DNA of 64,000 nt from a virus: IMG/VR virus record IMGVR_UViG_3300007513_000010; one strand, given 5' to 3'. Positions 56,213-64,000 of the stretch are shown piece after piece (position 1 is the stretch's first letter; each line of letters opens with the position of its first letter). The translations under genes were made by a program, and so were the position numbers. Below the pieces are notes generated by a model. The model searched no databases. It had not been told where the DNA came from and saw nothing but the letters and a program-made list of their open reading frames with translations.

Positions 56213-57069
56213 AAACTCCTAGAGAAAAGAAAAAGACAAACACCGTAGGTGTTATACCTGTTTCGGGCTGGTCGGATCGCTTAGGGTTTATCTGGCCTGA
56301 TTGTTGCTCTCCTGTTGGTTTGTCTTATATGGCTATAGAGAGGAGCATCTTGGAGTGTGCGTATGCTGGATGTAGTTCGATATGGGTTGTTTGCAACGAC
56401 GCGTCGGCCCCTTTGATAAAAGAGAAGATAGGTGATTATATTATCGCCCCTCATTGTTATGAGTCAAGACCGTACGTTAAATACTTTAAAGAACACATAA
56501 AGCATGTTCCTGTTTTTTATGTTCCGGTTCACCCTAAGGATCGTGACCGTAGAGATAGTTTAGGTTGGTCTGTTCTACACGGGTGCTTGAGTGCCTTCCT
56601 GGTTTCATCTCAAATAAGCTCTTGGATTGCACCAAGAAAATATTATGTTAGTTTTCCTTATGGCTTGTATGACCCTCTTATAGTGAGGGACCACGTTAAA
56701 GAAATAAACTCTGAAAAGAACTTTTTCTTATCTTTTGGCGATCTCACGGTCCGGGATAATTTATATCTTGGGTTTACGATTTCTCCAGATGAGTGGAAAC
56801 AATTGCGTTATGATCTAAAAATTTCTTGCACTGGTGGAGATAAAAGCATCCCGTATTATAAAAGATGGTCATCACGATATTTTACCCTTGACAAAATATT
56901 TAAAAATGATAATATAGTAGTAGACAAGAAAAGAGAAATTAAAAAATATCACGACTTATCTAGCTGGGACTCGTTAGAAAAGTTTTATAAATCTTCCCTA
57001 TCGCTCGAAAAGCCGGCCGATAGAATAATTGGTCCGTTTTATTATAAAGGAATATACGAAATTGAATAA
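56209..57069 (+). CDS. Divergent sugar-nucleotidyltransferase-fold protein
   Basis: VGVIPVSG..DRLG...P...PVG....IERSILECAYAGCSSIWVV follows the NTP_transferase N-terminal layout. Confidence 0.5.
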   Translation: MKTPREKKKTNTVGVIPVSGWSDRLGFIWPDCCSPVGLSYMAIERSILECAYAGCSSIWVVCNDASAPLIKEKIGDYIIAPHCYESRPYVKYFKEHIKHVPVFYVPVHPKDRDRRDSLGWSVLHGCLSAFLVSSQISSWIAPRKYYVSFPYGLYDPLIVRDHVKEINSEKNFFLSFGDLTVRDNLYLGFTISPDEWKQLRYDLKISCTGGDKSIPYYKRWSSRYFTLDKIFKNDNIVVDKKREIKKYHDLSSWDSLEKFYKSSLSLEKPADRIIGPFYYKGIYEIE

Positions 57070-60000
57070 CAGACAATCGCCTAGCATACCTTTCGTTGGT
57101 CTGCACGCCCACTCAGTAGCGGGCTCTCCGTTTGATGCTCTTGGTTATCCACAAGAACATATGGAATATGCTTATGAGAACGGTATGGATGCCCTAGCGC
57201 TCACCGACCACGGCAACGCTAATGGGTTGGCATACCAAGTCTTGCATGCCAAAGAGATGAAGAAGCAAGGGAAAGATTTTAAGCCAATTTTTGGAGTGGA
57301 GGCTTATTTTATACCATCTGTCTCTAATTGGAAAAAAGATTATGAGAGAATTAAATCAGAAGCCAAGAGAAAATCAGAATATGAGGTAGACTCATCCGGG
57401 ACTACGGTTGAAGACGAAGAATCAAAGAAAAAGATGAAGTCCACCCTCAACAAGAGAAGGCATTTAATCCTGCTGGCCCAGAATCAAACAGGCTTGCAAA
57501 ATATATTTAAAATGATCTCACATTCATACATCGGAGACAGTTTTTATCGCTACCCTCGCGTAGATTATGCACTGCTAAAGAAGCATAACGAAGGCGTAAT
57601 AGCTGCTTCGGCTTGTTTGGGGGGTGTCTATGCAGGTGATTATTGGGAGAACAGAGATTTTGGAGCCGATGCAGTCCTCACTGCAATGAGGTCGACCACC
57701 CAAAAAATGGTAGATATTTTCGGTCCAAGATGGTATGGGGAATTACAGTGGAACAATATTCCAGAACAACATGAACTTAATCAGTATATTATTCAGATGC
57801 ACTATGAACACGGTATAGATCTCATATCTACAGCCGACAGCCATTACTATTCACCCAATGCCTGGAAAGACAGAGAACTCTATAAAAGACTCGGCTGGCT
57901 CGGCCGCGGCCGCCCAGACTACTTATCAGAAGAGTTGCCCACTTCTGTGGAAGAGATCGGCTACGAACTATACCCCAAAAATGGAGATCAGATGTGGGAA
58001 TCATATCTTGAGTATTCTAAGTTGGCAGGTATCAAATATGATGACGACTTGGTGATGAATTCTATCACCAAGACACACAAGATTGCACACTCGATGATAG
58101 AGGACTTTATCCCAGACAATACAGTGCGATTACCAGACTTTGTAGTCCCGGAGGGCTCCACCCCTGCTCAGGCTCTTGCTGCATTGTGTGTTGAGGGCTC
58201 TCGCACTCTGGGTTTTTCTGGTAATCAATTTTATACTGATCGATTAAAGACAGAACTTGAGGTTATAGAGTCTAGAGGTTTTTCAAAATACTTTTTAACT
58301 ATGAAGGCCATTTCCTCCCGAGCAGAACAAAGCCAACTAGTTGGTCCTGGCCGCGGCTCAGCCGCAGGTTCGCTGGTTTCATACGCCCTGGGAATAACCC
58401 AGGTGGACCCGATAAAATACGGCCTTCAGTTTGAAAGGTTTCTAACAAAGGGAGGCTCAGGATATCCTGATATAGATTATGATGTTTCAGACCCAATGTC
58501 GTTAAAGGAAAGTTTGATAGAAGAGTGGGGGGACGACACTGTGGTTCCGATCACCAATTGGAACACACTTCAGTTGAGGTCCTTGATCAAAGATATATCT
58601 AAATTTTATGGTATCGAGTTCACCGAGGTCAACAATGTGACGAGCAAAATGGTTTATGAGGCTACGCCGCTGGCTAAAAAGGAGCATGGCATAACTGCGG
58701 GAGTCTATGTTCCGACGTTTGAAGAATTGATGAAATATTCTTCCACCTTGCAGGAATTCTTAAACAAGTACCCACAAGTCAAGACGCACGTTAGCGCGCT
58801 TTATGGTCAAACCCGATCCGCATCCCGTCATGCTGGCGGCGTAGTGGTCGGCGAAAATCTCAATACGTGGATGCCGCTCATAAATAGCGGCGGCGTCCGC
58901 CAAACTCCGTGGTCGGAAGGGCAACATGTAAGGCACCTCGAACCTATGGGTTTTATTAAGTTTGATATCTTAGGTCTTGCGTCGCTTAGAATGATGGAGG
59001 GTGCTATAGAAAGGATCCTGCAGCGACACCAAAACATAGAGAGTCCCACCTTCGATGATATAAAGGGTTTTTATGATTCGAATCTTCATCCGGATAGCAT
59101 AGATTTATCAGACGAAGGCGTGTGGAGGAACATCTTTCACAAAGGAAAATGGGCAGGAATATTTCAGTTTACTGAATCTGGAGCGCAGTCTTTCTGCAAA
59201 AACGCAAAACCAAACAACATAACAGATTTAGCAGCAATAACAAGTATTTACCGCCCGGGCCCATTGTCTGCGGGGGTTGATAGGATGTATGTGGGGGCGA
59301 AGCACGCACCAGAAGAGGTGGAATACATTAATGATACTTTTAAAAAAGTCACAGAGGAAACTTATGGTTTTTTGATTTTTCAGGAGCAAATTGCCATGTT
59401 GGCGCACAAGCTTGGAAAAAACCTTTCTCTTGACGAGGGAAATAAACTTAGGAAGCTTTTAACAAAGAAGGGGGCCGGCGAAGTTCAAGAACAGAAAGAT
59501 AAAATTTGGCTTAAGTTTCGAGAAGGTTGTGTAGAAAAGGGTATGCCAAAGTGGCAAGCTAAGGAAATATGGGACAAGTTTGAATATTTTTCAGGATATG
59601 GTTTTAACAAATCACATGCAGTATCATATTGTATTTTATCTTTTCAGTGTGCTTGGCTGCTGAATTATTACCCTGTTGAGTGGCTTGCTGCATATTTGGA
59701 TAAAGAGCCAGAAAAGAAAAAAGAGCGTGCTATTGCAACTGCAAAATCGTATGGGTTTAATATAGAGCCGCTAAATATAAACACTTCGGGGTCACAGTGG
59801 GACATCGCAGAAGACGACAAAACACTTATACAGCCCCTTTCATCTATTAAGGGATTGGGGTCTGCAGCAATTGAACAAATTATAAACAATAGACCCTTCA
59901 ACACTATTGAAGAGTTTTTGTTTCATGATGACATTAAATATTCGAAGCTAAATAAGAAAGCTTTGGACGCTTTGGTCAGAAGCCAGACACTAAATATACT

Positions 60001-60493
60001 CATGGATGAGCGGTTCACTGGTCTTAAGCATTTTTGGTCTGCAATCGCCGTCGATCGACCTAGAAAGCAGAAAAATTTAGAAGAAAACGTAACAACGTAT
60101 GCTCCAGAGGGAGACTTTACCGAGGAAGAAAAGTTAGAATATCAAGTATCTTTAACTGGTGTTTTTCCAATTAATGCGGTTGTCACGGATGCTGTCCGTA
60201 GAAAATTAGACGAGCTATATATTCCCCCCATTTCTGAGTATGATCCAGATTTGGGCGTAACTTGGTTTATACCTAGAGAGTGCATTCTGAAGAAGTCTAA
60301 GAATAATAAAAACTTTTATGTAGTAAAAGTAATAGATGATAACAACGAGACAAATGTGATAAGATGCTGGGGTGTCGACCCAGAAAAGGACCTTATTCAT
60401 ATTAATAGGCCGTACATGGCTCGTCTTAAATATGATCCTAATTGGGGCTTCTCTACGTTTAGTGTGAGAAAGATGTTTAAACTGTTGGCATAG
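57062..60493 (+). CDS. dnaE: DNA polymerase III alpha subunit (family C)
   Basis: PHP motifs LHAHS, LTDHG and ADSHY; GPGRGSAAGSLV; catalytic PDIDYD; HAGGVV, KFDILGL, GIFQF, YRPGP, FQEQ and GFNKSHA. Start TTG 57062 (track start 57029). Confidence 0.95.
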   Translation: MNNRQSPSIPFVGLHAHSVAGSPFDALGYPQEHMEYAYENGMDALALTDHGNANGLAYQVLHAKEMKKQGKDFKPIFGVEAYFIPSVSNWKKDYERIKSEAKRKSEYEVDSSGTTVEDEESKKKMKSTLNKRRHLILLAQNQTGLQNIFKMISHSYIGDSFYRYPRVDYALLKKHNEGVIAASACLGGVYAGDYWENRDFGADAVLTAMRSTTQKMVDIFGPRWYGELQWNNIPEQHELNQYIIQMHYEHGIDLISTADSHYYSPNAWKDRELYKRLGWLGRGRPDYLSEELPTSVEEIGYELYPKNGDQMWESYLEYSKLAGIKYDDDLVMNSITKTHKIAHSMIEDFIPDNTVRLPDFVVPEGSTPAQALAALCVEGSRTLGFSGNQFYTDRLKTELEVIESRGFSKYFLTMKAISSRAEQSQLVGPGRGSAAGSLVSYALGITQVDPIKYGLQFERFLTKGGSGYPDIDYDVSDPMSLKESLIEEWGDDTVVPITNWNTLQLRSLIKDISKFYGIEFTEVNNVTSKMVYEATPLAKKEHGITAGVYVPTFEELMKYSSTLQEFLNKYPQVKTHVSALYGQTRSASRHAGGVVVGENLNTWMPLINSGGVRQTPWSEGQHVRHLEPMGFIKFDILGLASLRMMEGAIERILQRHQNIESPTFDDIKGFYDSNLHPDSIDLSDEGVWRNIFHKGKWAGIFQFTESGAQSFCKNAKPNNITDLAAITSIYRPGPLSAGVDRMYVGAKHAPEEVEYINDTFKKVTEETYGFLIFQEQIAMLAHKLGKNLSLDEGNKLRKLLTKKGAGEVQEQKDKIWLKFREGCVEKGMPKWQAKEIWDKFEYFSGYGFNKSHAVSYCILSFQCAWLLNYYPVEWLAAYLDKEPEKKKERAIATAKSYGFNIEPLNINTSGSQWDIAEDDKTLIQPLSSIKGLGSAAIEQIINNRPFNTIEEFLFHDDIKYSKLNKKALDALVRSQTLNILMDERFTGLKHFWSAIAVDRPRKQKNLEENVTTYAPEGDFTEEEKLEYQVSLTGVFPINAVVTDAVRRKLDELYIPPISEYDPDLGVTWFIPRECILKKSKNNKNFYVVKVIDDNNETNVIRCWGVDPEKDLIHINRPYMARLKYDPNWGFSTFSVRKMFKLLA

Positions 60494-60505
60494 GGAGAAA
60501 AAAAG

Positions 60506-61168
60506 ATGGCAAAATTAACAGGTCTCTGCGCAAGGGTGATAGCAGAACAATACAAGAGGGTATTTCAAAACAAGGGGTATGCTTTTTTTGAAAATGGAGA
60601 TTTTAACTTAAACATTGTGGGCGTCCGAAACGATTCGGGCGACGCTTCAAAATTTGACGATGCGATAGTTTTGCTGTATAAAGAAGCTGGCTCTTGGGTT
60701 TGTGATATATACACCGTTACAACTGAGCCCGGCACAACTATACTAAAGAGACCGCTAAAATCGGTTCGACACAAAGGGACTGCAATTTTAGTTCCAGATC
60801 AATATCGAGCAGCGTACAAAATCGGCACCCACAAGGGTTCAAGTACCAGAGGCTACACAGCTTTGATACAACGGGGCAAACGCGTTAGGGTTTGGAGAGA
60901 TAATAATCGGGACGCCAAACCTGATTATCACGGCCCGGAGGAGTCGGGGTGGTTCGGCATCAACATTCACAAACACAGAGGCTCGGATGCCAAAGTTAAT
61001 ACGGGTGGCGTGTCAGCAGGCTGCCAGGTGTTTCAAAGCAGCAAGGATTTTCATGAATTTATGGAAACCTGTGAGGAATCTGCAACCCGGTGGGGCAACT
61101 CATTTACTTACACCTTGTTGGAGCAGAAAGATATAACAAATTTAGGATTGGAGTATGATATTGTCTAA
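60506..61168 (+). CDS. Putative endolysin with YkuD/L,D-transpeptidase-like catalytic motif
   Basis: GINIH-x14-SAGCQV matches the YkuD H-x14-17-(S/T)xGC dyad; SD GGAG. Confidence 0.55.
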   Translation: MAKLTGLCARVIAEQYKRVFQNKGYAFFENGDFNLNIVGVRNDSGDASKFDDAIVLLYKEAGSWVCDIYTVTTEPGTTILKRPLKSVRHKGTAILVPDQYRAAYKIGTHKGSSTRGYTALIQRGKRVRVWRDNNRDAKPDYHGPEESGWFGINIHKHRGSDAKVNTGGVSAGCQVFQSSKDFHEFMETCEESATRWGNSFTYTLLEQKDITNLGLEYDIV

Positions 61169-61622
61169 AGAAAGATTAAAAGTTTTTAAAGTGAGGGAAG
61201 GCGCAAAATTGCCAGTGAGGGCCCACCCGTCGGATGCGGGCATGGATCTGTTTTTTTGTCCGGATGTGGAAGGTTTGCATTCAGTCTTAAGGCCGAACCA
61301 AACCGCCTTACTGGAGACGGGGTTAAAGATTGGTGTACCCCAAGGGTATATGTTGCAGATAATGAATAAGTCTGGAATAGCGTCAAAGAGACGCCTCGTA
61401 ACTGGGGCATGCGTCGTCGACGCTGGTTACGATGGTGAGATTTATGTTAATTTGCACAATATTGGGGATAAGATCCAGGTCATTGAGCCAGGGCAAAAAA
61501 TAGCACAGGCTGTGCTCATTCCGATCTCCCTTCCGGAGATAGAAGAAACCCTAAAAGATAGGGTATATGATTCCGACACTGCTCGCGGCGACGGCGCGTT
61601 TGGTTCAACAGGAGACAAGTAA
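61155..61622 (+). CDS. dut: Trimeric dUTPase
   Basis: AGMDL, KSG, VVDAGYDGEI, KIAQ and RGDGAFGSTG (motifs I-V). Confidence 0.93.
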   Translation: MILSKERLKVFKVREGAKLPVRAHPSDAGMDLFFCPDVEGLHSVLRPNQTALLETGLKIGVPQGYMLQIMNKSGIASKRRLVTGACVVDAGYDGEIYVNLHNIGDKIQVIEPGQKIAQAVLIPISLPEIEETLKDRVYDSDTARGDGAFGSTGDK

Positions 61623-61840
61623 TGGGCTTAAAACGAAAACTAGAGAGAAAGCAGATGACTAGCTTTTTTAAACAGTTTAAAAAAAGAATGAAACAATTCA
61701 AGAGTATGGTGCGGTGCACAGTCTGCGAACGCCCACCGGCACCCGGCGAGAATATTGATTCTTGGCGTATAAAACAGCAGAGTGAAAATATTGATCTGGT
61801 TTGTGTTGATTGTCACGAATCAGAAAAGGAGAAAACATGA
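61622..61840 (+). CDS. Small Zn-finger protein
   Basis: CTVC...CVDC; overlaps both neighbours. Confidence 0.6.
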   Translation: MGLKRKLERKQMTSFFKQFKKRMKQFKSMVRCTVCERPPAPGENIDSWRIKQQSENIDLVCVDCHESEKEKT

Positions 61841-62871
61841 TAGAAGGGATGCTGCAAAAGTGCCTATCGTTTGATGATGTCTTGCTGGTTCCAAAAAAGA
61901 GTGACATTGAAAGTAGAGATCAAATTTCTATAGGCTCATTTTTGGGAGGTTTTTCTTACTCGATACCTATTATTTCAAGCCCAATGGATACTGTTACAGA
62001 AGGGGTTATGGCTTCTGCCATGGCTAACGCAGGAGCCCTAGGGGTTGTCCACAGATACAACACTATTGCTGAACAGTGTCAGATTATTCAATCAGCCCGG
62101 AATGGCTGCAAGTCTGAAAAAGCAACACTTGCCGCCGCAATCGGTGCCAGTGGGGATTTTCTCTCCAGGGCCACCAGCTTGGTTAACGTAGGAACAAATA
62201 TTTTATGCATCGATGTCGCCCATGGGCATCACGCCATGGTCGAACGGGCCCTTAAAAGCTTGAAAGATTCTTTCGGCGAAGATATTACACTCATAGCAGG
62301 CAACGTGGCCACGGCAGAGGGGTTCTCTGATCTAGAAGATTGGGGCGCTGATGCAGTTCGTGTAGGGATAGGGGGAGGTTCAATATGCAGTACCCGACTA
62401 CAGACTGGCCATGGCGTTTCTACTTTTCAATCAGTTGTGGCATGCCGTTTTGTCCGAAAACATGCAAAAATCATTGCAGATGGTGGTATCAAGAAGGCGG
62501 GAGACATTGTTAAATCGATTGCTGCCGGCGCCGATTTTGTTATGCTGGGGTCTTTATTGGCGGGAACAGACCAGGCCCCCGGCCAGTGTATTCAGACTGC
62601 TGATGGCGAACGTCACAAGGTCTATAGAGGCATGGCATCACGAGAAGCCCAGCTAGATTGGAGAGGTGAAGTGCGGTCATTCGAGGGGATTTCCTCCTCG
62701 GTTCCATATAGGGGAGACGTGGCTGACATCTTATCCAGCCTGAGTAAAAACATAAGGAGCGGATTTTCCTATTCAGGCGCGATCAGCCAAGAAGAACTAA
62801 GAGAAAGAGCAACATTCATTCAGCAGACATCTGCCTCTCAGGTAGAAAGTCACACGCATGTGTTGTTATGA
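61837..62871 (+). CDS. IMP dehydrogenase / GMP reductase family protein without CBS domains
   Basis: [42 protein letters not shown] and YRGMAS. Confidence 0.9.
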   Translation: MIEGMLQKCLSFDDVLLVPKKSDIESRDQISIGSFLGGFSYSIPIISSPMDTVTEGVMASAMANAGALGVVHRYNTIAEQCQIIQSARNGCKSEKATLAAAIGASGDFLSRATSLVNVGTNILCIDVAHGHHAMVERALKSLKDSFGEDITLIAGNVATAEGFSDLEDWGADAVRVGIGGGSICSTRLQTGHGVSTFQSVVACRFVRKHAKIIADGGIKKAGDIVKSIAAGADFVMLGSLLAGTDQAPGQCIQTADGERHKVYRGMASREAQLDWRGEVRSFEGISSSVPYRGDVADILSSLSKNIRSGFSYSGAISQEELRERATFIQQTSASQVESHTHVLL

Positions 62872-63188
62872 TATCCAGGTTAAAGAAGATTGTTTTTGAA
62901 GATACGGAAGTGAATCACGCCTCCCTTAAAGTAAGGCTACGTCATGACGGCATCCGGCAGGGCGAATTCTTTCGTTTTATGTTGCAGAAATATATTGAAT
63001 GTGCAGACCCGATGGTCTTTCTTGTTCAGGAACTCCGCGAGGAGAAAGGCAAATATGGGCGCACCCGTAATCGAAAAATTTCAAGAGATATACAATCCGG
63101 TCAAGATCTTTTAAAAAAGTTTAAATTATCAGACTCTCAGAAAGAAGACATATATGACCTTCTGGAAAAAGAACATGGAGATCTATGA
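62868..63188 (+). CDS. Hypothetical protein (possible ribbon-helix-helix)
   Basis: KKIVF strand followed by two helices; ATGA-coupled. Confidence 0.5.
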   Translation: MISRLKKIVFEDTEVNHASLKVRLRHDGIRQGEFFRFMLQKYIECADPMVFLVQELREEKGKYGRTRNRKISRDIQSGQDLLKKFKLSDSQKEDIYDLLEKEHGDL

Positions 63189-63448
63189 AAGAGAAGAAAT
63201 CAGATGTATTGTTAAGAGTTCTGCCTTCTTGTGCTAAAGATTGTATTAATTCAGGTGAATCGTGTGATGAAAAACAATGCAGATATTGGATAGAATATGA
63301 GAGTGAAAAAAATTGTACTTTGATTTCTATAGAGGAGAACGGCAACATGACATTAGAAGAAACTGCCAAAAGATTAAACTTGAGTGTGGTAAGGGTTTTT
63401 CAAATACAAAAAAAAGCTTTAGCTAAAATAAAAAAACAGTTAAGATAA
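63185..63448 (+). CDS. Stand-alone sigma70 region-4 HTH protein with Cys-rich N-terminus
   Basis: MTLEETAKRLNLSVVRVFQIQKKALAKIK matches sigma4 TLEEVG..F.VTRERIRQIE.KAL.KL; five Cys upstream. Confidence 0.75.
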   Translation: MKEKKSDVLLRVLPSCAKDCINSGESCDEKQCRYWIEYESEKNCTLISIEENGNMTLEETAKRLNLSVVRVFQIQKKALAKIKKQLR

Positions 63449-63529
63449 ATTCGGTTTTTTTAAAAATCAAACACTATTTACTGTGTACCTGTACTATATT
63501 ATTGTACTGTCACATAAAGGAGAAAAACA

Positions 63530-64000
63530 ATGAGCAACAAAAAATTACTTTCTGAAGGTACTGTCAGAAGGTTCATGAAGCTGGCGTCAATCAACCCTGG
63601 CTTGACTAGCACTTTTATTTCCAAAGAGGCTGAGCCCGAGATAGAAGTAGACTACAACCTCTTTCTTGAGGCCATGGACGAGGATCCTGCGGCTGAAGAA
63701 GAAGCTGCGGACATGAGCCTGGAAGGAGAAGAAGCACTCTCAGATGAGGGCGGCATGTCAGAAGAGGGCGACCTTGATCTAGAAGACGAGGAGGACGACC
63801 TTGATCTAGAAGACGAAGAAGGCGACCTTGACCTGGAGGCCGGCGAAGAAGGTGAAGACGGCGATGTCACAATGACGGACGAAGAAGTCGAAGCGTTTAT
63901 TTCTTTTGGAAAGAAGCTTGAAGCAGCGCGCGACCAAGGCGCCGAGCTTGGCGATGACATGGGCGAAGAAGATGATCTTGATATGGAAGATGATCTTGAT
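63530..64000 (+). CDS. 3'-truncated highly acidic protein, probable internal head/core protein
   Basis: ACTATTTA at 63473-63480, SD AAGGAG, MSNKKLLSEGTVRRFMKLASI then D/E-rich DLDLEDEE repeats; runs off the window end. Confidence 0.7.
   Translation, partial: MSNKKLLSEGTVRRFMKLASINPGLTSTFISKEAEPEIEVDYNLFLEAMDEDPAAEEEAADMSLEGEEALSDEGGMSEEGDLDLEDEEDDLDLEDEEGDLDLEAGEEGEDGDVTMTDEEVEAFISFGKKLEAARDQGAELGDDMGEEDDLDMEDDLD

Noticed and set aside
56888-56918. Sigma70 promoter for dnaE inside the upstream gene
   Set aside because: TTGACA is present, but candidate -10 boxes fall at 14, 16 or 19 nt spacing with imperfect matches; too ambiguous to list as a feature.
11279-60493. Inteins or group I introns in terminase, helicase, RNR or DnaE
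   Set aside because: Protein lengths are ordinary, motifs are contiguous, and no intein splice-junction or homing-endonuclease motifs were seen.
63484-63512. TGTAC repeated three times upstream of ORF 63530
   Set aside because: Short, irregularly spaced and not seen at other promoters; may be chance.
620-63960. Numerous minus-strand ORFs of 60-197 aa in the ORF track (e.g. 1425-2018, 22222-22641, 38077-38478, 63652-63960)
   Set aside because: They lie antisense to well-supported + strand genes, show no recognisable motifs, and mirror low-complexity sense sequence.
1-64000. Stop-codon reassignment, as seen in some large phages
   Set aside because: Core genes are full length in code 11, and TAA, TAG and TGA all terminate conserved genes at the expected positions.

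Overview
This is a 64 kb segment of a large, lytic-type, distantly T4-like myovirus (Caudoviricetes). All supported genes are on the + strand in the standard genetic code with GGAG-type Shine-Dalgarno sites. Order: (1) end of a virion/baseplate gene block (1-4446); (2) RuvC-like nuclease, primase and a fused Mre11-Rad50 (SbcD-SbcC); (3) a holin/spanin-like membrane trio; (4) a T4-like head module (terminase, portal, prohead protease, phage-encoded ribosomal protein bS21, scaffold, major capsid); (5) neck, tail terminator, a 1517-aa fibre-like protein, sheath, tube, tail chaperone, tape measure and baseplate; (6) a replication/nucleotide block (minimal family-A polymerase, degenerate tubulin/FtsZ-like protein, gp32-like SSB, AIPR-like protein, RecA, 5'-3' exonuclease, DnaB/gp41 helicase, class II RNR, GroES, DnaE, dUTPase, GuaB/GuaC). 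The last block also holds a Myxococcota-style Cys-repeat/VWA lipoprotein and a YkuD-like lysin. Two promoter classes partition the window: sigma70-like TTGACA-N17-TATAAT sites before DNA-metabolism genes, and a recurring ACTA(T/C/G/A)TTA motif before virion genes. The most notable unannotated signals are that motif, a probable +1/-2 frameshift in the tail chaperone, a hidden 21-aa Cys-Cys peptide gene, a ~120-aa module inserted into three different virion proteins, and the mini-PolA plus degenerate tubulin pair. All calls come from motif recognition by eye; no database search was run.
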